DNA of 62,139 nucleotides, filler included, from Basidiobolus ranarum (Eukaryota): NCBI GenBank assembly GCA_040143965.1. It is 3 parts of 3 records of this genome, joined end to end, with 100 filler letters (N's around TTAATTAATTAA, not from the genome) between each part and the next. Parts side by side here need not be neighbours in the genome. Positions count along the whole stretch, not along the records: positions 41,552 to 62,139 come from JASJQH010007100.1; 2 more parts are not named here. One strand, 5' to 3'. Shown piece by piece: positions 53,246 to 62,139 of this stretch (position 1 is its first letter; each line of letters starts with the position of its first letter). The notes under the pieces were generated by a model. It saw only the letters and a program-made list of their open reading frames with translations, ran no database searches and was not told where the DNA came from. The position numbers and the translations under genes were made by a program.

Positions 53246-56068
53246 TTAGTTCTCAATCCCTTGCTGCTTAGCAAATTCTACAAACACTTGGGCTAAAGTA
53301 GTTTGTGCTACAGCATGATCCACAATATCTAGAGAAACTTTGATCTCTTGAAGGAATTTAAAGATCTTTCCAAGTGTGCTACCTTCAATCTCGAACTCCA
53401 AATTACATCCTAATCTACGCACCAATCTAACCTCTTCATCAACATTTCCGAACTCCTGAAATATCGATTGAATCACTGATTCCACAGTATTGGTAGTTCC
53501 AGTACGAACGTTGATTTTGTAGCCTTTACCGTAGACATTCTTCAATCTTTGAGGAGTACCAAGAGCAGCTAATTGACTATTAACAGTGATCCCAATTCGA
53601 TCACAGAGTGCATCGGCTTCTTCCATACTATGGGTCTAATGGATGAGTGATTAATATATGTAGGAATCTTCGTTGAAAGTAAAATTCAACTTACGGTTAA
53701 CACAATACTAGTATTTTTCTTTAATTCTCGAATCGCTTTCCAGATAGATTGTCTAACATGCACATCTACTCCAGTGGTAGGTTCGTCCAGAAACAAAATC
53801 TTGGGATGTCCAATGGCGGCCATACCAATGCTCAGTCTTCTCTTGTTTCCACCACTATAGCCTTTACATTTTTGATCGGCTACTTCTTGTATAAGCATCT
53901 CTTGAATGGTGGTTTCAACTGCTTCTTCAATATTGGTGGTACCGCGTAATCTGGCAAATAAACGTAGATGCTCTCTGCCACTCAACTCTGGGAATAAGAC
54001 ATCAAACTGCTGACAAACACCGACGAGTTGCTTTAATTGAGGAGAATATGGAACGATAGAATGTCCCTCGATAGTGGCATTTCCAGAAGTTGGGCTCAAA
54101 GCACCAATTAACATCTTAATAGTAGTGGTTTTACCAGCACCATTAGGACCCAAATAGCCTAAACATTCATTACGTCTCAAAGTAAGCCATAGATCATCAA
54201 TGATCACTTTACGACGATTCGAATATTGTAATGGGAATTCTTTGGATAATCCTTGAATATGCATAGTATCATTGTCATCTTGTTGCCCAGAAATTCGAAT
54301 CTTCTCATTCTCCACTTCCTCATCTGAATACCGTTTGGTAATATCTACTTTGGTCTCTTGGGTTGGCATGGGATTCATTGAATCTCTGGAACTGAAGAGT
54401 TTACGAATCAATGAGATGGGAGTTAAACGAGCATTCATCGCTTGTTCTAAACATATCACTAAGATTCCATAAAATATCGTACTGGCAATTAATGCCAATA
54501 ACATCGGTAGAATTGGAAATTGGAAACTGAAAACCATGGATGTTGTATATGGGTGGCCTTTCGCCCAGGCGGTTGCCATTTCCTATAACATAAATAGTAA
54601 ATAGAGAGAAATCAAATCATCATTCTATAAAACATTCACTCACGGTTAGACCACGTTGAAGTGCAAACGTAGGTAGGAAGAAACTTAAAACACTAACTGT
54701 GCCGATGCTGGCATAATCGTTCAAGGCAAATCGAATGATAGCAAATGGAGCAAATACAATGATCAGCAAAAGAAAACCTATCACTAATCCAACGGATTTG
54801 CTCTTCTCAAACATAAATGAAAGTAAATATCCTGATAATATAAATGGTGGTCCACACATTAATAGAAGTAATATGTATCCAACGGGACTTGACTCCACGA
54901 ATAGTGGCGTGTTATCCACCTTCAACATGATCAAGAATGCGGTAATTGGAATGAGATAAATCACTAGATCTCGGATGAATGCTGCTAGGTAGTATGCACG
55001 CGAATCTAACCCAGCAAGGATCAAGAGTTGCTTTTGTCCTTGCTCACGCTCACGTACCATATTCGTGACGTAGAAAAGTAAAATAAACGATATCGCTAGA
55101 TTTGAAAATCAACTTGTTAGAATCCACTCAAATAAACGGAGAATCAGGATAGAGGGTACCATAGGCTACAAACAGAGGAGTAATATCCGCAGCGGAGCCA
55201 GCATTTTCTAAAGCAGTGGAAGGTAAAGTTTTGAAGGTAACATTGCTCATAGAAATACTGGTGGGCTCTTTAACATACGCGCTTTGGGCCGCTGCCTCCA
55301 TATTCGCCATAAGCCAGGTGAGCTTGTCAATATAATATTCCTGGAAGAACATGGTGTAGCCAAAGTCGAATTGGCTATTTCCATCTTCCACTCGGTTTAG
55401 CTCATAGCCTACTTCCGAGATGGTCCTCGGATTTAACACCTTCTCATAACGTTCACGTGTGTCGAGAAGGTCACGCTCTTTGATAAGAGCATCGATAGAG
55501 TCATACTCATCGAAGGTTAATGTGGAGTTTTGGAGTATTCTGTTTGGTTGAACTGCTATAAAGCTTGGTAGTAAGCGCTGAGACCAGATATCTTTTGAAA
55601 TGGGCTGGTTTATTATAATCCCTGGCTTTGGCGCGGAGTACCAAGAATTAGCAGTGAATGGAGTGGTAGTTTGCCAACTACGTAAAGTAAGTTAGGAGAA
55701 TATCACTGATGAGTTATATATTTCAATTCTGTACCTCGCAATGGTACCAACAGGGGTAATCCAATTGCCTGCGATTATATCTGGCTATAAGATGGGTTAG
55801 CTCCTGGCCTCTGGTAAAGACAAGGAAGAAAGAAACTTACTATGACTACGGCAATGATCACGCATAAGGTAGGAATCACAATTGCTATTCAACGCAACTT
55901 TACAATTAGTTTAAAATCCAAGAACAACGACTTTATGAAATGGACAGTACCTACTACTTCACTCAAGATTTTCCGTGACACAAGTCTAAGGTTAAGGCCA
56001 AGACTAAGTTTTAATTGCGTGGCAAATGAGATTGGTTGATGCTTCGGAGTGGACATCGCTCCAACCAT
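53246..56068 (-). CDS. ABCA-family half-transporter (TMD-NBD), C-half-like, multi-exon
   Basis: Start MVGAMSTPKHQPISFATQLKLSLGLNLRLVSR; Walker A GPNGAGKT, signature YSGGNKRRL, Walker B LFLDEPTTG, T|THSMEEADALCDRIGI, terminal QTTLAQVFVEFAKQQ. Confidence 0.88.
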
Positions 56069-56773
56069 ATCGGAGTGGCTAAATCAAATAAAAATAACCT
56101 TCGTACACAGCAGCTCTTTCTCTTATAAAGCATAAGCACCACTTGACATCGTTTAATTTAATTAACTTTAGTTACTCGAGCGTTACTATTATATCCATTT
56201 GGCGCTCAGATACAAGCTGGAGAAATTGCCAAGATATCCCAATTTGCCATCAAGTAATACGAATTGAATTATATTACTTTGTAGTAGCCAAAACGGCCGC
56301 TGAAAATGTCCATATTTGCACAATCACAATGCACAACGAGATGATGGGAAACTAATAGGCGATATTTGTCCACAACAAGCTGGTTGGCAATGATATTTGT
56401 GCGGTCAAAATAAACTTTTGGTTTGGTGAAACAGGCGTGCTTAGGGCAGCTCCAATGTGGGTTACTCAAGCCGTTCCTTAACTAGTTTCTTGGCACTAAT
56501 TTTGATTTATTCTTGAGTAACAAACTAGTTTAAAAGCAATTATGGCTCTTTCACACCGAGGGAAGATACACTGATATCATATGTTGCCAAGAAGCTCTTT
56601 TTAGGTTTCACGTGGAAATTGTCTGTATCACACAAATACTTTAAACTCTAATGTGAACATCGATCGACTGAGGCTTTCATCGAAGCTTTTATTGTACATA
56701 TTTAAATAGATTCCGGATCCTATCTGGGCATAAAACATTTCTTACAATCCCATCTCTACTACTCAGTCGATAT

Positions 56774-59584
56774 ATGAACACTGAGAAGAGCTCGAACGCT
56801 AGGTACAAATCCACCTGCGAACGCTCAAAGTGGAGGCAATTCAAAGCGCTAATCAAGAAGCAGGTCCTTCATGGCATTCGAGATAAGGTTTCCTTATACA
56901 ATGGGCTACTTTCGGTAGGTGATTTGACATAGTTCCTCGCTTGACTTGCTTATCACTCAAGTATCTTTTTAGCCTATTTACATGATTGCCATCCTGATCA
57001 TCATCAAAGCGGTATCTATCCCAGCTGGTAACTTTTTCACCCAAGTCATTCCTGATCTCTTACTTACTAATCTTTATCTTATATGCAGTCATTGATGTAA
57101 AGCCTTTTATGCCACTCACAGAAGGCACATGTTCAGTTAGTCAACCCAACTGTGTTCATATGGGATACATAGCAAACGGCCCCATTGAAGAAACACTTAC
57201 GAATCTTCGAAAGCTCTTCGCTTATTCAGAGCCCAAAGAGGTATCAATAAGACGATTCGCTGATTACAACGAGTTAGCAAACCACTTTTCACAAGACCCA
57301 TCAAGCTTAGTAGTCGGTGTAACTTTCAACACTAATGACAGAGCGCAAGTAAGATTTTTCGGTAAAGACCTTCGAATAATACTTATACTAACGAGATATT
57401 TGTTAGTCTGCTGCATACGAAATACATGCAAATCATACCCTATCTAAAGACAGAGATTATGTAACAACTCGTTCGCTTACTATTCAAGCATACATAGAAC
57501 GAGCGATTGCCAATGTTCGTCGCCAGGCATCTGGACAAACGTTGCTTTCGTCACCCTTACCTCCAAAGGAGGCCACATTTGGAAAAAAGATTGACTCAGG
57601 CAGCGGACGGAATTTCCTATCGTTCACTCAGTTGGGAGACAATACATTCGTTAAATATATATTGCCATTTATGAGTGTGATTTTCTTGAACTTTGCCTTT
57701 CAACCGCTGATCATCTATTACATGACAGTATTGAACATAGACAAGAAGATCAAAATCAAGGGAAGTATGCTGATGATGGGCCTTAGTCATACCATCTATC
57801 TCGCAACAATCTGGGTCTACCTATTGGCATTTTCTCTAGTACCCATCATCATGGTAGTGATACTGATCTACGCCACTCAAATCATAAAATCCATAGCTGT
57901 TGGCTACATACTCGGCTCCATGATCTTCTATGGTATTGGAATGATCGCTCTGTGCACCATGCTCTCCATCTATTTCAGTAGTACCAAGACTGCTCCATTT
58001 GCTGGACTGATAGTGACCCTTGCTTCCATAGCACTATCCATAGTGTATGAATCAAGATGGATAGCAACTCTCTCCCCCACAGAGAGTTCTTGGTTGTTCC
58101 TAGTATCACCCGTTGCATTCGGTAGAGTCATCTCCTTGTTGAGTAACTTTGATTCAATTGAGGAGATGAATAACCAACCCCATATGTTATCTTTGAATTT
58201 CACATTCCTAATGATTTTCGTGGATTGTGTATTATACTTATTGATTGCGTGGTATGTAGACCATTTGAAGCCCGGAGAGGAAGGAATTGCCCTACCCTGG
58301 AACTTTTTATTTTGTAGAAGTTACTGGAAATCTACCAAACTCACTAATATGAACTGCAATATTGCTCCCGTAGAGAATAGTGAATTATTGGCTGCTAGTA
58401 AAATAAGTGATACCGATAAACACATGTTTGAAACCCAGGATGTTAGCTTTATTGATCCAAAAGATCGTGGAGCCATTCTTATAACCGACCTAAAGAAGTC
58501 ATTCCAAGTAAAAAATAAGGGACTCTGTAAAGGTTCTCGTAAAATCAATGCAGTCAATAGTCTGGATCTGGACTTAAACCGAGGCCAAGTATTGGCATTC
58601 TTGGGTCATAACGGAGCCGGGAAAACCACTACCATTTCTATGCTATCTGGGTTAACTCTACCTGACGATGGAACCATCTCAATATTTGACCAAACTTTGC
58701 CCACGCGTCGAAACAGAAGTTCTAACATCCATGTGATGGCCCAAGTTCAACAAATGTTGGGGGTTTGTCCACAATTCGACATACTTATAGATACCTTCTC
58801 AGCGGTGGAACATATGGAATTATTTGCAGCTATACGAGGACTTCGTATTTTGGGCAAAATTGAAGATAATGGAACAGTAACCCCCGGAAAACAAGAGGAT
58901 TTACAGAGAGAGTACATTATCGAAATGATGTCGGATGTTTCTTTGCCAGACAAGTGTTTCGAAAAATCTGGTTCTTATAGTGGAGGTATGAAGCGTAAGC
59001 TAAGTCTAGCAATCGCTCTTTTGGGAAATCCTTCCATCATTCTTCTCGATGAGCCAACAACCGGAATGGACGTATATTCTAGAAATCAAATCTGGCAACT
59101 CATTCAGGATAGTAAAGAAGGACGAGTGGTTATCTTGACTACTCATAGTATGGAGGAAGCGGATGCATTAGGTGACAGAATAGCAATTATGTCCAAAGGA
59201 AAGCTTCAAACGCTGGGAAGTTCCCTTTTCTTGAAGAATCGTTTTGGTGTTGGCTATCATTTGAGTTTAACAAAAAAGGACACCTCCAACGGTGAGAGGA
59301 CAGAAACCCTGAATACCGTTCAACGTGAAAATATGTTTGACGAACAAGGCTTAACAGCCTTTATACAAACTCATCTAGCAACAGCACAATTGATTGACAA
59401 CACTCCTCATAATATTACTTACTTGTTACCAAACAAGTCTGAAGATCAAGAGAAATACCCAGATTTCTTCGAAGAGATGGAGACCATTTGTAAGCAGGAA
59501 AGATATGGAGTGATTGGGTTTGGACTATCCACCACTACATTGGAAGAAGTATTTATATCCTTGCAAGAGAAAGAAAAGGAGTAA
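56774..59584 (+). CDS. ABCA-family half-transporter (TMD-NBD), N-half-like, multi-exon
   Basis: Start MNTEK...WRQFKALIKKQ; WYVDHLKPGEEGIALPWNF, GHNGAGKTTT, YSGGMKRKLSLAIAL, ILLDEPTTGMD, THSMEEADALGDRIAIM, LKNRFGVGYHL, GLSTTTLEEVF, then stop. Confidence 0.9.
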
Positions 59585-60546
59585 GATGATTATTTAATTG
59601 TAATAAAGTAAGACTTAGAGATCCTATCTGAGTAGTATTTTCTTAAAGCGATGGAAGTAGCTGACAGTTTGATCTTGAGAGGTAGGCAAGCTACACATTT
59701 CCCATCAAGGGTACTGCTACAAAATATATGAAAGGAAGCTTGTTGCTTGAATAACTTATACAAAGACTTAAAAAGTAAATAATTTCTATATGTTATGCAT
59801 GCCTATAGCCCTGTGAATCCCTTATTATGCATATCAAATATGTGTATTTGCAAAATACAGTTACTCTACATCTCACAATACTGAAACTAAGAAATTATGG
59901 TGCTGATGCCTTACGAAGTGAGAAACAATATAGTCATCCTCGTTCTCGTGATGGTCGCCAATATGAGTAAATTTATTGCTTGCCAAATCGAAATAGCTTT
60001 CTTACAAATATTTAGTAATAAATGCTAATCCTTTCTTGATTAATGCTATGGCGATATATTACAATTGAGGTTATATACTGAAACGTACAATTTAATGTAT
60101 TGTAATATATTTACTATTATAATAAATAATCCAAATACGAGTTAAATATATTGATGGGTATCGAAATACGCCATAACTTGATTTCAATCATCAGCGTTCC
60201 CTGGTTACGAAATTGGATTATTGAACAAAAAGTAATGGCTAAGTTAACAACACAGTTACCTAGTTAATCTGCACACTTGTTCGAATTATTTGCTCCTAGT
60301 TATGAACTCCACATTAATGATTCCTTTATGGATTAGAACAAATCTTTAGTTGAGTGAAAATGTCGACCATGACTAATGAAAGACAGGCAAGTTGAAAGAT
60401 TGTTAGCCAAATATCCTAGTTTATTTACTATCAAGGTATACTTAGTCAAAGACAATCAAATATCCTGATTATCAGCTCCACAGTTTATTTACTATCAAGG
60501 CATAGTTTGAACGAGTTTGTTAATCTTCGTAGCTTACAGTACTCGG

Positions 60547-60987
60547 TTACTTAGGACACATGGCATAGTTTCCTTTAGGGTCTGGAGTCAACTTAAAATT
60601 GGGTGTCTTGGTGACGCAATCTCCTTCCTTTCCAGGAGTACTGGCAACCACTTCAAGATAGTAATTACCTTCTCTTTGTAGACACAATGGTACAGAGAGG
60701 GTAAAGGACAACTTCCCGGTAGCGGCATCTTTTCCAGGATATCTACGATACTGGGTATGAAGAGGTTTTTTGGACTTTGAGCCGAATATACTGATTTCTC
60801 GGATGTACTTCACTTTCGAGTTACCTATATTCCACTTGAGGGTAACCTTATCGTTGGAAGCAAATGTTGACCTTTTGCCGGTGGTATGAGTGAGAGGAGC
60901 TACTGACCAGTCACCACACTGATTAAGCGCGGTGGCGGAGACCAAAGAGGTCACCGTGAGTAAGGAAAGAGTAATGAAAGTTCTCAT
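60547..60987 (-). CDS. Small secreted protein (signal peptide, 4 Cys), possible Kre9/Knh1-N-like beta-sandwich
   Basis: 146 aa, intronless; MRTFITLSLLTVTSLVSA signal; P...TF...VTLKWN...YYLEV...TPNFKL pattern; TATATAA near 61035. Confidence 0.75.
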   Translation of the reverse strand: MRTFITLSLLTVTSLVSATALNQCGDWSVAPLTHTTGKRSTFASNDKVTLKWNIGNSKVKYIREISIFGSKSKKPLHTQYRRYPGKDAATGKLSFTLSVPLCLQREGNYYLEVVASTPGKEGDCVTKTPNFKLTPDPKGNYAMCPK

Positions 60988-61474
60988 GCTTCCACAATGA
61001 ATTGATACTGACAGTCCTAGAAGTTTGGCCTCTTATATAAGCACTTGTAAGATTTAGTATGAGAGCAAGAATCTATGCCAGAGTGGTTTTGGGGTGATAA
61101 AGAACGTCCTACAATGCTAAACGTATAACAAAATTTTAGATCTATACTAGTGGCAATATTCGTCGCTGACTATTGATTGCTATGTTAATATATTGGAATT
61201 TTTTGTATTCTTACACGTACCTGTCGTCTAAAAAATGGATTTATCTCGACATTGTAATATGTAAATAGATATTCATAAATTTCGACGTTGCTTCAGGTGG
61301 CGGTGAATATTTTACTTCACCACGTCATACAACTAAATACCATTACCGCGTGATACATAATGGTTTTTTAATCAATTAAAAGATACTAAAACAAACTTGT
61401 CTCTGAAAAGTCATGATAACTTCGATATACCTCCACCGGGATCATATCTCTCAGGAAGAGGTACTGAATACTGC

Positions 61475-61504
61475 CTCTGCATGGGTGGACTCTGCATGGG
61501 TGGA
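61475..61504. repeat. Perfect 15-bp tandem duplication (CTCTGCATGGGTGGA x2)
   Basis: Seen directly in the sequence. Confidence 0.8.
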
Positions 61505-62139
61505 AATACTAGTTTACCTAATTTTCTCGTTTGCTAATTCTTGCAACTTTGACGAACGAGAATCAAATGCATCTGTAACTTGGTGTACTAGGCTTAGAGC
61601 GAAGTAATGGCTCTGAAAGACCTCTGTTCATAGATACGTACACGTATCAGAATATACCACTTTGTTATCAACCATTGATTGGCAAAAGAACCAATTACTA
61701 CATATGCGAAGAGCAACTAACATATCTGAGATTAATAGTATTTGCTGTATGTCTGATTTTGTAGGAACGGTGATTATGCTTACAGTACTTCTTGAATGGT
61801 TTCGCGGAACGGTGCATGGCCCAGAATAGAAGTATGCTTCTGGATGAGGAAGCTGACTCAATCTAATAATACTTGACTGACCTTGTGGTTGTCGAGTGCT
61901 CTTCTATATTGGTGAGCGCACAAACCAAACTGTACAGTGCAGAGTTGAAGTAATCCATAACAGCTGAAACCGTGTGTACCAAGATTGCAACGGGTAGCGA
62001 AAAGGTTTCTTGCAGCAAGTATAGTAGATTAATTTGATGTGTATTTGATACTCAGAAAGATTCAAATGTGGCCACTTGGCCCTATTTAATTGGTAACTAT
62101 GAGAATATTGTAAGCTTTATTTCTTTCACTATACTTTAA

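Noticed and set aside
61413-62139. ORFs near the window end (61413-61607, 61628-61861)
   Set aside because: No homology cues or coherent exon chain.

Overview
Eukaryotic (fungal) AT-rich nuclear DNA with many short (about 45-80 nt) spliceosomal introns. The gene set (FKS, ABCA transporters, ALDH8A1-like, trihelix/Myb-SANT protein, AT-AC minor introns) suggests an early-diverging, non-Dikarya fungus; this is inference. The window is three contigs (1-20711, 20812-41451, 41552-62139) joined by artificial 100-nt N44-TTAATTAATTAA-N44 linkers, so adjacency across the linkers means nothing. Contig 1: RPS11, two tandem RhoGEF-PH-FYVE paralogs, a SAP-like+SAM protein, a UPF0132/DUF4870-like membrane protein and a truncated FKS glucan synthase. 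Contig 2: a DUF4097-like protein, two hypothetical genes, a trihelix/Myb-SANT protein, ALG7, RAD2/XPG, a 7TM-like protein and a truncated ALDH8A1-like gene. Contig 3: truncated INCENP, GPI18/PIG-V, GFA1, CYS3, two ABCA half-transporters and a small secreted protein. Most notable: (1) two 76-nt AT-AC U12-type introns in RAD2; (2) a head-to-head pair of ABCA half genes matching the N-half and C-half of a full-size ABCA; (3) an in-frame TAA plus R->I change in the GFA1 LEYRGYDS motif of an otherwise intact gene; (4) a divergent echinocandin hot-spot 1 in FKS. Gene models were spliced by eye; no database searches were run.
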